Made by a program: the position numbers and the translations under genes
In this document: positions 26,439 to 40,222 of the stretch, piece after piece
Position numbering within the stretch: position 1 is the first letter of the stretch
How the letters are laid out: every line of letters begins with the position of its first letter
NCBI RefSeq assembly: GCF_964213995.1
Contig: NC_135817.1
Location: 70,866,001 to 70,930,000 of the forward strand
Direction: 5' to 3'
DNA from: Mustelus asterias
Lineage: Eukaryota
DNA: 64,000 bases
The notes under the pieces: generated by a model
Told to the model about the DNA's origin: nothing
Databases searched by the model: none
The model's input: only the letters and a program-made list of their open reading frames with translations

Positions 26439-26510
26439 GGTTCGTTGGTCTAGGGGTATGATTCTCGCTTAGGGTGTGAGAGGTCCCTGGTTCAAATCAT
26501 GGATGAGCCC
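26439..26510 (+). tRNA. tRNA-Pro(AGG)-like gene, probably a pseudogene
   Basis: 72-nt GGTTCGTTGGTCTAGGGGTATGATTCTCGCTTAGGGTGTGAGAGG...GAGCCC follows the vertebrate tRNA-Pro pattern, with a T5 Pol III terminator just after. The T-stem (CCTGG/CATGG) has two mispairs. Confidence 0.85.
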
Positions 26511-26520
26511 CATTTTTGTG

Positions 26521-26812
26521 GGATGGCACAGTGGTTAGCACTGCTACCTCACAGCGCCAGGGATCCGGGTTCAATTCCAGCCTCTGGTCACTGTCTGTGC
26601 AGAGTTTGCATGTTCTCCCTGTTTCTGTGTGGGTTTCCTTCAGGTGCTCTGGTTTCCTCTCACACTCCAGAGATTAGGCGGATTGATCCTAGTGTCAGGG
26701 GGATTAGCTGGGTAAATATGTGGGGTTACGGGAATAGGGCCTGGGTTGGATTGTGGTCGGTGCAGACTCGATGGGCCAAATGGCCTTCCTTTGCACTGTA
26801 GGGATTCTATGA
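26521..26812 (+). mobile_element. V-SINE, CR1-like tail
   Basis: Head and core directly after the tRNA-Pro terminator. Confidence 0.88.
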
Positions 26813-28074
26813 TAGAATGTACTCTGAGTGGGGAAACATCAATTTTCACCACCAGTAAGTGGCTTGGTAGCAGCATGACTAACCAAACCAGGAAATTCCT
26901 GAAGGGCATTTCTGCAGACTGGGCCCGTAGCAGATGGTGAGTAAATTAATGAAAGGGAATTACTTACTTGCCTTTGTCCTCACTCATCTACCTGTCTCAG
27001 GTGTGTGTGTCCATGGAAGTATTGGTAGCAGAGATCATTACTTGGACAAAGTTCCACCCTCAGATTGAGGACTCCATTACGTTGTGTAGCACTGCCACTG
27101 TGCTAAATAGGATAGACTCAGAACAGGTTTCGTAACTCAGAAACTGGGCATTCTGAGACATTGTGGGCCATTAGCAGCAGAATTGCATTCAGCCACAATC
27201 TGTAACCTCATGACCGAGCATATCCCTCATTCTCCCAATGCCATCAAGCCGGTGAATCAACTCTGGTTCAATGGAGGATATGCCAGGAACAATTCCTGAC
27301 ATATTTAAAAATCAGCCGCAAATCTGGCAAAGCTACAATAAGCATGCTAACAAAAGCAGAATGCAGCTTGCGCGTTCTCCCCGTGTCTGTGTGGGTTTCC
27401 TCCGAGTGCTCTGGTTTCCTCCCACAGTAAGAGTTTTAACAACACCAGGTTAAAGTCCAACAGGTTTATTTGGTAGCAAATACCATCAGATACCATTCCT
27501 CCCACAGTCCAGAGTGCTAAATTTCCACTTAGTATGCAAAGAAGTGTAGGTTAGGTGGATTTACCATGGTGAACGCTCAAGGATGCGGAGATGGGGCAGA
27601 AGGGAGGGCCTGGGGTGGGATGTTCTTTCAGAGAGTCGGTGGAAACTCGATGGGCTGAATAACCTCTTTCTGCGCTGTAGGGATTCTATGGTTCTATTGC
27701 TATATGCTGACCTAGCCTAGTGACACCCACAACCCATGAATGTATAAAATAATAAATGATTAGCATTCCAGGGTATCTGCCCTGTGATTTTGTTGAACTC
27801 TAATTGATACTCATTTTCTATATAGTTCAGCCGCCATTTTGCATTTCTCTGATTATGCAGTATGCATTTCTCTGGAATGTTTGCTTGCTCTCCCTATTTC
27901 ATCACCAGCGGGTGATTTTTCAGCTGACATGCCTATTCCCCGGAATTCTTGACCAAACACATTTTCTTTGCTACCTCCTTTCCTGTTTTCTAAAGGACTC
28001 TTTTGAACTATATTTTTAACCTCATCTCCTTTCCCTGCACACACCCGTCGCCAAACAAGTTCCTCTTTTAAACG

Positions 28075-28386
28075 GTACAGTGGTACAGTGGTTAGCGCTG
28101 CTGCCTCAAAGGCTGCTGCCTCAAAGCGCCAGAGACCCAGGTACGATTCCCGGCTTGGGTCAATGTCTGTGCGGAGTCTGTACATTCTCCCTGTGTCTGC
28201 GTGGGTTTCCTCCGGGTGCTCCGGTTTCCTCCCACAGTCCAAAGATGTGCAGGTTAGGTGCATTGGCCACGCTAAATTGCCCCTTAGTGTACCCGAACAG
28301 GCGCCAGAGTGTGACGACTAGGGAATTTTACAGTAACTTCATTACAGCCTGAATGTAAGCCTACTTGCGACTAATAAATGAACTTT
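28075..28386 (+). mobile_element. V-SINE, alternative tail
   Basis: Head has a small duplication (gctgctgcctcaaag x2). Confidence 0.88.
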
Positions 28387-28459
28387 TTGTTTTAAATTCT
28401 TTTCCCTGCGCACCTCTCTGTCTTTGAGATATTGGCTGGGATTCTCCAGTCCTGCTGTT

Positions 28460-28890
28460 CATAAGTTCATAAGACATGGGAGCAGAATTAGGTCATTCGG
28501 CCCATCGAGTCCGCTCTGCCATTCGATCATGGCTGATATGCTCCTCATCCCCATTTTTCTGCCTTCTCCCCATAACCTTTCAACCCATTACCAATTAAAC
28601 ATCTGTCTAACTCCTTCTTAAATTTACTCACTGTCCCAGCATCCACCGCACTTCGGGATAGCGAATTCCACAGATTCACAATCCTTTGGGAGAAGTAGTT
28701 TCTCCCCGACTCTGTTTTAAATTTGCTACCCCTTATCCTAAGACTATGACCTCTCGTCCTAGAATGCCTCACTAGCGGAAGTGTCCACTCCACATCTACT
28801 TTATCCATACCTTTTATCATCTTGAATACCTCAATTTGATCTCCCCTCATTCTTCTAACTGCCAGAGAGTATAGGCCTAAACTGTTCAAT
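28460..28890 (-). mobile_element. CR1 3' end
   Basis: LGLYSL..RRMRGDQIEVFK...TRGHSL...FSQRIVNLWNSL. Confidence 0.88.
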
Positions 28891-29719
28891 CACCAGATCC
28901 CAAGTTTCTTTAAGTGTGCACTACATCTGGTTCTGTAGGTGTCAGAACATTAAGAGTGGCCTGTGCTGTCCTTTTCATCTCTGCCCTGAGCTCAAACTGC
29001 TTATGGAAGCACCACTGTACTCAAGAAAATACCCAAGGCAGACTTGAAACTTTTAACACTGGGTTTTTTTTCCCCAAGTGAAGTTTTATTGCGGTAAAGA
29101 CATGGTTACAGACATTAACAATGATACATTGCTCAAAAGCAAAATCTGAACTAGGTAGGGATTTCCCTGTTTAATTACACAACTTCTATACCAAGAAAAA
29201 CTGTACAAACTATCCCTCGTTATATTAGAAGGGTCTCATCAATTATTAGTAGACAATGTAGCAATTGAGGTCAGATTTGTTCAGTAGAGTTCTTCTTCTG
29301 TAGAAGCTGCTGTGAATGGAGTTTTGGTTGAGTGCCACATTCTCCGTCCTCGCTGGTAGCTGTAGTGGGGCTTTCAGGACCGGAGAATTCCAGCCATTAT
29401 GTTACATGAGAAACGCTTTATAAATGATTGTTGTTGTTGCTTATGCATGTGACATTGTTATCTGATCAAGAGGATGCAAGTTGCATGTAGTTAAGTGAGT
29501 GATAGGACATTTGCAAAAAAAAGAGATATAAATGTTATGAGTGTGAATTTAGTTCGTTAAAATTTCATAAATAATTATAACCTTTCCTGTAAAATACTTA
29601 CCTGTACTCAAATTCTGAGACTGCTCAGGCATGTTTCACATAGATCATCTCTTTGTCAGTTAACAACTCTTCTTTGACCATGTTTGAGAACTGTGGTGGG
29701 CCACCACTGTATGTTTCGT

Positions 29720-29984
29720 TTATTTATTAGCCACAAGTAAGGCTTACATTAACACACTGCAATGAAGTTACTGTGAAATTCCCCTAGTCGCCACCTGTTT
29801 GGGTCAATGCACCTAGCTGGCACGTCTTTCAGAATGTGGGAGGAAACCAGAGCATCCGGAGGAAACCCACGCAGAGACAGGGAGAACCATGCAAACTCCA
29901 CACAGACAGTGACCAAGCTGGGAATCAAACCCACCCCTGGCGCTGTAAGGCAGCAGTGCTAACCACTGTGCTACCATGCCGCCC
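29720..29984 (-). mobile_element. V-SINE, alternative tail
   Basis: Family head, core and tail. Confidence 0.88.
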
Positions 29985-30003
29985 TGACTGATTGTTTTAT
30001 TAG

Positions 30004-31160
30004 ACCATAGAACATAGAACAGTACAGCACAGAACAGGCCCTTCGGCCCACGATGTTGTGCCGAGCTTTATCTGAAACCAAGATCAAGCTATCCCACTCC
30101 CTATCATCCTGGTGTGCTCCATGTGCCTATCCAATAACCGCTTAAATGTTCCTAAAGTGTCTGACTCCACTATCACTGCAGGCAGTCCATTCCACACCCC
30201 AACCACTCTCTGCGTAAAGAACCTACCTCTGATATCCTTCCTATATCTCCCACCATGAACCCTATAGTTATGCCCCCTTGTAATAGCTCCATCCACCCGA
30301 GGAAATAGTCTTTGAACGTTCACTCTATCTATCCCCTTCATCATTTTATAAACCTCTATTAAGTCTCCCCTCAGCCTCCTCCGCTCCAGAGTGAACAGCC
30401 CTAGCTCCCTCAACCTTTCCTCATAAGACCTACCCTCCAAACCAGGCAGCATCCTGGTAAATCTCCTCTGCACTCTTTCCAGCGCTTCCACATCCTTCTT
30501 ATAGTGAGGGGACCAGAACTGCACACAATATTCCAAATGTGGTCTCACCAAGGTCATGTACAGTTGCAGCATAACCCCACAGCTCTTAAACTCCAACCCC
30601 CTGTTAATAAAAGCTAACACACTATAGGCCTTCTTCACAGCTCTATCCACTTGAGTGGCAACCTTTAGAGATCTGTGGATATAGACCCCAAGATCTCTCT
30701 GTTCCTCCACAGTCTTCAGAACCCTACCTTTGACCCTGTAATCCACATTTAAATTAGTCCTACCAAAATGAATCACCTCACATTTATCAGGGTTAAACTC
30801 CATTTGCCATTTTTCAGCCCAGCTTTGCACCCTATCTATGTCTCTTTGCAGCCTACAACAGCCCTCCACCTCATCCACTACTCCACCAATCTTGGTGTCA
30901 TCAGCAAATTTACTGATCCACCCTTCAGCCCCCTCCTCTAAGTCATTAATAAAAATCACAAAGAGCAGAGGACCAAGCACTGATCCCTGTGGCACTCCGC
31001 TAGCAACCTGCCTCCAATCCGAAAATTTTCCATCCACCACCACCCTCTGTCTTCAATCAGACAGCCAGTTACCTATCCAATCGGCGAACTTTCCCTCTAT
31101 CCCACACCTCCTGACTTTCATCATAAGCCGACCATGGGGGACCTTATCAAACACCTTATT
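30004..31160 (-). mobile_element. 5'-truncated copy of the same young CR1 family
   Basis: Near-identical to 19780-20930; 319-aa RT C-terminal ORF; same (TGTTCTA)n tail. Confidence 0.95.
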
Positions 31161-31870
31161 GCTCAACATTTAGATGACACAAGGATATGGTTATTGATTA
31201 GCAGAGATTGTACGAGTCTTATATGTAGATTTTGTGCAAATTGACAATTGATTTACCGTTAAGCATTATCTTAGGGTTTTTCCTGCTTGATGCATTTGAA
31301 TACTTGAGAAAACAAGAGTGCCTAAAATACTGATACATTCTAAATAATCCAAAAGCAGCATTCTCTGCTTCCAATGGAAGCGCATGTATATTTAATCTTT
31401 CAAAAAGGTAGAGTTAGAATTTATTTTGCTGACACAATAGGGATGATTTTAATCAAATTTGGTTAAATTCGACTGGGTGAGTGAGCAACAGAACTGGGTG
31501 GGATGCTGGTTTTAAATCTGGTCCAATGTTACTTCCCATTGGCTTCCATATTTTGGCAGCTGGGTTAAGTCACTGTCCCCCTGAATGTCGCCCGAGAGCT
31601 AAATCCTCAAATTTTTGACAGCTCTATAAATAAAATCAAGAGATAAGGGAAAGTTGATCATCGTGAATCTGTTTGTTGTCTCGCTTTAAAATAACAATTA
31701 CATTGTAGTAATATTAAAGCAAAGTCCTGCGGATGCTGGGAATATGGAATAAAAACAGAATGCTGGAAAAAAATCAGCAGGTCTGGTGGCATCTGTGGAG
31801 AGAGAAACAGAGTTAATGTTTTGAGTCCAGTGTGAAGAAGAGTCATACAGAATCGAGGCATAAACTCTGT

Positions 31871-33560
31871 TTGATTTGATTTGATTTGATTAGGTGGGGA
31901 TGTGATCGGCGCAACTTGTGGGCCGAAGGGCCTGTTTGTGCTGTGGCTTTCTATGTTCTATGATTTGAATTATTATTGTCACATGTATTAACACACAGTG
32001 AAAAGTATTGTTTCTTGCGCGCTATACAGACAAAGCATACCGTTCATAGATGACGGGACTGGGGGCATTCTGGCCAAGTTTGCCGAAGATACAAAGATAG
32101 GTGGAGGGGCAGGTAGTATTGAGGAGGTGGGGAGGCTGCAGAAAGATTTAGACAGTTTAGGAGAGTGGTCCAAGAAGTGGCTGATGAAATTCAACGTGGG
32201 CAAGTGCGAGGTCTTGCACTTTGGAAAAAAGAATAGAGGCATGGACTATTTTCTAAACGGTGACAAAATTCATAATGCTAAAGTGCAAAGGGACTTGGGA
32301 GTCCTAGTCCAGGATTCTCTAAAGGTAAACTTGCAGGTTGAGTCCGTAATTAAGAAAGCAAATGTAATGTTGTCATTTATCTCAAGAGGCTTGGAATACA
32401 AAAGCAGGGATGTACTTCTGAGGCTTTATAAAGCACTGGTTAGGCCCCATTTGGAGTACTGTGAGCAATTTTGGGCCCCACACCTCAGGAAGGACATACT
32501 GGCACTGGAGCGGGTCCAGCGGAGATTCACACGGATGATCCCGGGAATGGTAGGCCTGACATACGATGAACGTCTGAGGATCGTGGGATTGTATTCATTG
32601 GAGTTTAGGAGGTTGAGGGGAGATCTAATAGAAACTTACAAGATAATGAACGGCTTAGATAGGATGGACGTAGGGAAGTTGTTTCCATTAGCAGGGGAGA
32701 CTAGGACGCGGGGGCACAGCCTTAGAATAAAAGGGAGTCACTTTAGAACAGAGATGAGGAGAAATTTCTTCAGCCAGAGAGTGGTAGGTCTGTGGAATTC
32801 ATTGCCACAGAGGGCTGTGGAGGCCGAGACGTTAAGCGTCTTCAAGACAGAAATTGATAAATTCTTGATTTCTCGAGGAATTAAGGGCTATGGGGAGAGA
32901 GCGGGTAAATGGAGTTGAAATCAACCATGATTGAATGGTGGAGTGGACTCGATGGGCCGAATGGCCTTACTTCTGCTCCTATGTCTTATGGTCTTATAGA
33001 GAAGGAAACGAGAGAGTGCAGATTGTAGTGTTACAGTTATAGCTAGGGTGTAGAGAAAGATCAACTTAATGCAAGGTAGGTCCATTCAAAAGTCTGACAG
33101 CAGCAGGGAAGAAGCTGTTCTTGAGTCGGTTGGTACGTGACCTCAGACTTTTGTATCGTTTTTCCAATGGAAGAAGGTGGAAGAGAGAATGTCTGGGGTG
33201 CGTGAGGTCCTTAATTATGCTGGCTGCTTTTCTGAGGCAGCCAGAGTCAATGAATGGGAGGCTGGTTTGTGTGATGGATTCAGGACCTTTTGTAGTTTCT
33301 TGCGGTCTTGGACAGAGCAGGAGCCATACCAAGCTGTGAGGCAACGAGAAAGAATGCTTTCTATGGTGCATCTGTAAAAGTTGATGGGAGTCGTAGCTGT
33401 CATGCCAAATTTCTTTAATCTTCTGAGAAAGTAGAGGCGTTGGTGGGCTTTCTTAACTATAGTCTCGGCAATGGGGGGGACCAGGACAGGCTGTTGGTGA
33501 TCTGGACACCCAAAAACTTGAAGCGCTCTATCCTTTCTACTTTGTCCCCTTTGATGTAGA
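31871..33560 (-). mobile_element. Rex1/Babar LINE 3' part, interrupted by CR1
   Basis: KKAHQRLYFLRRLKKFGM...FYRCTIESILS.CLTAWYG and RTNRLKNSFFPAAVRLLN; (TTTGA)n tail at 31871-31890. Confidence 0.88.
32051..32995 (+). mobile_element. Young CR1 3' fragment nested in the Rex1 3' UTR
   Basis: Uninterrupted RT C-terminal frame (KFAEDTK...HLEYCEQFW...LWNSLP); flanked by ataga at 32046-32050 and 32996-33000. Confidence 0.92.
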
Positions 33561-33681
33561 CATTCTCTACAGATGCCACCATACCTGCTGAGCACTTCCT
33601 GTTTTTATTTTATATTAAATTGTTGTGCCCCGCTTTTCCCTCTGCAGTTCAAGGGAAAAGATATCTGCATTCTTCTGGATC

Positions 33682-33735
33682 TTAGGGTTAGGGTTAGGAT
33701 TATGGTTAGGATTGGCGTTAGGGTTCGGGTTAGGA
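33682..33735 (+). repeat. Short degenerate (TTAGGG)n interstitial telomere-like tract
   Basis: ttaggg ttaggg ttagga ttatgg ttagga ttggcg ttaggg ttcggg ttagga. Confidence 0.7.
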
Positions 33736-35505
33736 GATAGAGAGACACCAAGGTGATTTTAGGACTCAGCCAAACTACGTCGGCCATGTAAGTTGTTTAA
33801 AGAAATATTAAGCTGATTTCCCGTTTAGGTGCTCTCGGCGAAGCGCAGTGATCTTGATGAACAAATTGCAGCCTCAGATTTTCTAATTGTTAACGAAAAT
33901 GGATGGAGAATTGAGTACTTTTGCTCTATAATTCCTCAACCAGCACTGCACATTGTCTGGAGCAACTGACTAGGAAGTCCAATCTATAGTTACCGTAATC
34001 TAACATGCATGTGCAACATTACAGAACGATTGATGATTTGAAATTTAACAAGTTTATGGATCAAATAGACAGGCGGGGAAGGAAAAATAGATAATTTGCT
34101 GCTTTCTCTCTCAGTAAATTCAAAATAAATGGCCAATTATAAATTCATTCAGGTCAGCAAATGCAGATGCCACAAAGCAAGGGCCGCAAAACCAGTAGCT
34201 TTTCTTTGCAGAGAATAATTATTCAGAATCTTAAGAATTTGTATGAAAATTCACTTGTAAAGATATAAATTATGAACCGGAGTAGGCCATTCGGCCCCTT
34301 CAGCCTGCTCTGCCATCCATTAAGATCATGGCTGATCTGACTGTGGCCTCAACTCCACATTCCACCCACCCCCTGTACCCTAGTCTGACTTGTCAATCAA
34401 GATTCTATCTCACTCAGCCTTACAAATATTCCATGACACTGCCTCCACCCCTCCCTGGGGAAGAGAGCGCCACAGAAAGCTCCTAGTAAAATGATAATGT
34501 CCATTGTAACCGGCATCCGGTTACAAATGTTGCCTGAAATATGCAAACTGGGTTGTTAATAGCAAGAGCCTCAATGAGATAACACAGTTGTATGCACCCT
34601 ATAGGTGATCCCACCATGACTATTAACAAGCCAGAGAATACAGATTTTATTTTATTAGTATCAAGAAATGCTGTTAACTTGACAGGAAAATATTTCATTA
34701 ATTATTTATAGCGCTGTGCGGATGGTAGCACTGATTTTGGTGACTGCCTCAGCCCTCATTAACCTATTCTACGCATCGCACCAGGTGGAAACAAAGACTG
34801 TAAATGCATATTTGAGGAAAGATTCAATACTTGCAACCCAGATAAACGTCACAAAATCTTTCCAATCTTGTAGAAGTAGAAGAAAGCGTTTTTCTGCCTA
34901 GGTACGCATGTTATTCAATAAAATCATTTCACATAAGGGGTGTAATTCTATTTTATGAGTATCCTCACAGGGAAGAAATTATCAAATGACTCCTAAGCAA
35001 CAAAATGGAATGATTGAACAGCATAGGTTGTCACTGCCGGTGAGAAACGTCGATGCCCTCCAGTATCTCTGTGTGACACAACCTTTAAGAGGCCAGAGGA
35101 CAAAGACTGAGTGGTTCATAACTGTACCTGTGGTTTCGTGATCAGCAAGTCTGAATACTCTGCTGATTGCTGCTTCTCACTACAATATATTTTAATATCT
35201 ACCATGCAACAGAACCTTATCATGACATTATAGCCCATCAAAAAGAGCAGGAGTAAGCAATTTGGTCCCTCAAGCCAATTCTGCCATTTGGAAATATTGC
35301 CTGCATTATGCCAGTGACTACAACTCAAAAATATTTAATTAGTTGTAAAGTGATTTGGGACATCATGGAAGATGCTGTATAAATGTAGGTTCTGTCTTTC
35401 TTTCATTACATCTGCATGCAGTGAGCAGATTGACAACAGCAATGGCGAAATTGGAGGCCCAATGCTGAGTCTTTAAGGATAATTAATCACAGAGCATTCA
35501 ACAGA

Positions 35506-35825
35506 TCATGGAATCATAGAATCCCTGCAGTACAAAAGTGTCCATTCGGCCCATCAGGTCCACACTGACTCTCCAACTGAGCATCTCACTCAGGCCTCTC
35601 CCCCACCCCATCCCCATAACCCCACACATTTCCCATGACTAATCCACCCAACCTACACATTTTGGGACACTAAGGGGCAATTGAGCGTGGCCAATCTACC
35701 TAAGCTGCATATTTTTGGAGTGTGGGAGGAAACCGGAGCACCCGGAGAAAGCCCACGCAGACATGGGGACAATGTACAAATACCACACAATCACCCAAGG
35801 CTGGAATTGAACCTAGATTCCTGGA
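35506..35825 (-). mobile_element. V-SINE, CR1-like tail, older copy
   Basis: Core gggaggaaaccggagcacccggag. Confidence 0.82.
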
Positions 35826-36162
35826 AGCTCGAGGACTCCCTGCCCCCCCCCCCTCACCCTATCACACCCCCACCAAAACCTCGAGATCAGGTCCTCCTCA
35901 TGGACTTGCCTTCCTCTGTTCAAATCTATGATGAGCAGTTAGTCTGAAATCACAATGCTTTAGACGCAATGGGCGTGATCTTACCGCCCGTTTGCACCTC
36001 ACTCCCACTGCAGCGAGGTCGGAGAATTTGGCAGCTAGCCAAATCTTCGTTCACTGCGGCAGGATGGGAAATTCCCACTGGCATGAACAGTAGTGAGAAT
36101 GTGGCCAGTGGTTTAGTATGCTGTATGTACCATATAAATACAGCAGCATACCTAAAAATAAT

Positions 36163-36485
36163 TTGATTTTGATTTGATTTGATCTATTATTGTCACATGG
36201 ATTAACATACAGTGAAAAGTATTGTTTCTTGCGCGCTATACAGACAAAACATACAGTTCATAGAGAAGGAAAGGAGACAGTGCAGAATGTAGTGTTACAG
36301 TCATAGCTAGAGTGTAGAGGAAGGTCAACTTAATGCAAGGTAGGTTCATTCAAAAGTCTGACAGCAGCAGGGAAGAAGCTGTTCTTGAGTCGGTTGGTAC
36401 GTGAACTCAGACTTTTGTATCTTTTTCCTGAAGGAAGAAGGTGGAAGAGAGAATGTCCGGGGTGCGTGGGGTCCTTAATTATGCT
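36163..36485 (-). mobile_element. Rex1/Babar 3' end
   Basis: (TTTGA)n tail plus family 3' sequence. Confidence 0.82.
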
Positions 36486-36849
36486 TAATTAAAATGGTCA
36501 AACTATCGGTGTGCAGAGTTTCGAGCTTTTTCACAAAGTGCACCGTTTAGTTTAGATGCTATCCTGTGTCCTAGGCAAGTGAGCTACATTAACCACAGGC
36601 ACAGATCTGACTTTAATTAGATATTTCTAAAAATATTTCTGAATATTGTACATTTAGTATTACCATCACATGGGTGTTGCAATATATGCAGGCTGGGCAG
36701 TCTGGTGTAAAGATCTGCATTCTGATAACTGCAACAAACATCCTGTGTGGGCAGGAAAACGGGGACCTTCAGTTTTACCAGCCGTCAGCTACATCTCTTC
36801 ATATCTCATCCGCATCTCGTTTACTTGGGCCACGGTGACATGGGCAACA

Positions 36850-39800
36850 CCTAAGTGACACTTCACATCTCCTCGGGTTAAGGTGCTAAATTGGGGGAAG
36901 GCGAACCACAACCGGATTAGGCAGGGTTTGGAGGCTGTTGTTTGAGAGAGGCTGCTTGAAGGTAAATCCTCATTTGGCACGTGGGAGTCTTTCAAGGAGC
37001 AGTTGATAGGCGTTCAGGACAGCCATGTGCCAATGAGAAGGAAGGTCAGGGAAGGCAGGATTCAGGAACCATGGGTGACCACGGAAATTGTTCGTCTAGT
37101 CAAAAAGGAAAAGGATGCAGACATGAAGTCTAGGCAATTAAAAACAGATGAAGCATTTGAAGAATACAGGAGAAGTAGAAAAGAGCTCAAACAGGGAGTT
37201 AGGAAGGCAAGAGCGGGTTCACGAAATGTCCTTGGCAGACAGGGTTAAGGAGAATCCCAAGGCATTTTATACATATATTAGGAGCAAGAGGGTGGCTAGA
37301 GAAAGAGTTGGTTCACTTCAGGACAAAGGAAGGAAATTATGTGCAGAACCAAAGGAAATGGGTGAGTTTCTTAATGAGCACTTTGCATTGGTATTCACAA
37401 AGGAGGGGGACATGTTGATTGACGGTGTCTTGGAGAGGTATGTAAACCCTTTAGAACAAGTCATCATTATGAGGGAGGAAGTGTTAGGTGAATTAAAAAG
37501 CATTAAGGTAGACAAGTATCCAGGGCCAGATGGCATCTATCCCAGATTACTGAGGGAGACAAGAGATGAAATTGCTGGGCCTCTAACAGAAATTTTTGTT
37601 TCTTCGTTGACCACTGGTGAGGTACCAGGGGTTTGGAGGATAGCCAATGTTGTCCTGTTATTTAAGAAGGGTAGCAAGGATAACGCGGGTAATTATAGGC
37701 CAGTGAGTTTGATGTCAGCGATAGTGAAATTGTTTGAGAAGATTCTAAGGAATAGAATCTATACACATTTGGAACCAAATGGTCTTGTTAGCGACAGACA
37801 GCATTTGTTTTGTACGTGGGAGGTCATGTTTCATTAATTTGATTGAGTTTTTTGAGGAGGTGACAAAAATGATTGACGAGGGAAGGGCTGTGGATGTTGT
37901 CTACAAGGACTTTAGTAAGGCATTTGACAAGGTCCCGCATGGCAGGCTGGTGCAAAAGATTAAATCTCACGGGATCAGGGGTGAACTAGCTAGATGGATT
38001 CAGAACTGGCTTGGCCATAGAAGACAGAGGGTAGCAGTGGAAGGGTGTTTTTCTAAATGGAGGTCTGTAACTAGTGGTGTTCCAAAGGAATCAGTGCTGA
38101 GACCTCTGCTTTTTGTAATATATATATAAATGACTTGGAAGAAAACATAGCTGGTTTGATTAGCAAGTTTGCGAATGATACTAAGATTGGCGGAGTTGCA
38201 GATAGTGATGAAGATTGTCAGAGAATACAGCAGGATATAGATAGACTGGAAAATTGGGCGGAGAAATGGCAGATGGAATTTAATCCGGACAAATGCAAGG
38301 TGATGCATTTTGGTAGATCCAATTTAGGTAGGAGCAATAAAATAAATGGCAGAACAATCAAGAGCATAGACAAAGAGAGAGATCTGGGAGTACAGGTCCA
38401 CAGATCCTTATAAGTGGCAGCACTGGTGGAAAAAGTGGTGAAGAAAGCATATGGCGTGCTTGCTTCATCGGATGGAGCATCGAGTATAAAAGTTGGCAAA
38501 TTATGTTACAGTTGTATAAAACCTTTGTTTGGCCAGATTTGAAATACTGGGAGCAATTTTACCATTTTGATTCCAAGTGCTGAATCTGGGTGTGATTCAG
38601 ATCTGACTTGGAAACTTGTTCCCAGGTGCCTCCATACGCACTCAGCCTGAAAAAAAAATTGTGAGTCTGAATCGTGCTGTGGGCGAGGCTTATCGCGCCT
38701 GAAACGTTGCAGCTCCAATCGGAACCTTCAACTGCGCATGCGCAGTGAAAATAAATTTGAAAAACGCTCCCCTGTCACATCGTTCCCGGGCCGCAAAAAG
38801 CGGATAAAGCAGCCCGGGAGCGATGGCCCCCACAGACATCACCCCACCCCCACAACATAACTATCCCCCTTATCCATGCCCCCCCCCACAACCCAGACCG
38901 ATCGCGACCCCCTGCCCCTTCCTGTCCACCGATCGCCCGCAGAGTGGCAGTGGTCCCCCTTCCCCCCCACCGATCACCCACAGAGTGGCAGCAGACCCCC
39001 CTGCCCCCGCCTCCCCCCCCCCCCCCCCCACCAGTGATCCATCTGGCCTCTCTACTCCCCACCCCCCCCCCCCACTAAAGAGCGATCTGTCCCTTGTTCT
39101 CCCCTCCCCCCCCCCACTAGAGAATGATCTGGCCCTCTCTCCCCCCCGACTAGAGAATAATCGGGCCTCCCTCACCCCCCCCACCTCCCAACCAGAGAGC
39201 TATCTGGCCTCCCTCCCCTGCGCCCCTCCAGAGAATGATCAGGCCACCCTCCCTCCCCCCCCCTACCAGAGATAAACCTGACCTGCCTCCTCCTCCCTCC
39301 CCCGCACCAGAGAATGATCCGGCACGCCTCCTTCCTCCCCCCCCCTCCCCCCCAACCGATCTGAGTCAGAGAGCCGCTGGAAGCTCTGAACTTACCTCTT
39401 CAGAAGCTGGAGCGCCCGAAACAGACCTTTGCCGAGCATGTCTGTTTTGTACTGAATCTGGACGGGCGAACACGATGGTAAAGGGGGAAATGCTGGTAAG
39501 ATTGGGCGTCCAGCTCATTAAGTCAATTTAAATGCATGCAAATGCATTTAAATTGACGTCACGCCTGTTTCAAGCGTGGTTACGATCATGGCCATTTTCA
39601 GACCTTGGTAAAGTGGGAATCTGCGCGGACATGGACGCGGATTGCGCTATTCACCTCACGCTCGACTTTATGAAGTTTTTTTGCCCAAAAACGGGCACAG
39701 CCCAATGGTAAAATCAGTCCCACTGTGTCCAATTCTGGTCACCACACCACTAGAAGGATGTGGAGGCTTTGGAGAGAGGATGTTGCCTGGTATGGAGGGT

Positions 39801-40222
39801 ATTAGCTATGAGGAGAGATTGAATAAACTGGGATTGTTCTCCCTGGAAAGAAGTAGGCTGAGGGGCGACCTGATAGAAGTTTATAAAATTATGAGAGGTA
39901 TAGATAGGGTGAACAGTTGGAAGCTTTTTCCCAGGGCAGAAATTACAACTACAAGGGGGCACAAGTTCAAGATAAGGGGGGAAAGGTTCAGTGGAGATGT
40001 GCGGAGAAGGTTTTTACACAGAGGGTGGTGGGGGTCTAGAATGCACTGCCAAGTGAGGTGGTTGAGGCAGTCACATTAGCCACATTTAAGTCTTATCTTG
40101 ATAGGCATATGAACAAACGGGGAATAGAGGGATATAAGCGGTTGGCCTAGATAGATAAACATGATCGGCACAGGCTTGGAGGGCCAAAGGGCCTGTTCCT
40201 GTGCTGTCCTGTTCTTTGTTCT
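36850..40222 (+). mobile_element. Long CR1 ORF2 fragment interrupted by a DNA transposon
   Basis: EPWVT, KENPKAFYTY, NYRPVSL, DFSKAFDKVPH, WQMEFNPDKC; CR1 tail at 40180-40222. Confidence 0.9.
38549..39721. mobile_element. Non-autonomous PIF/Harbinger-type DNA transposon
   Basis: TIRs GGGAGCAATTTTACCATT / AATGGTAAAATCAGTCCC; 3-bp TSD act (38546-38548, 39722-39724); removing it restores the CR1 YCVQFW codons. Confidence 0.85.
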
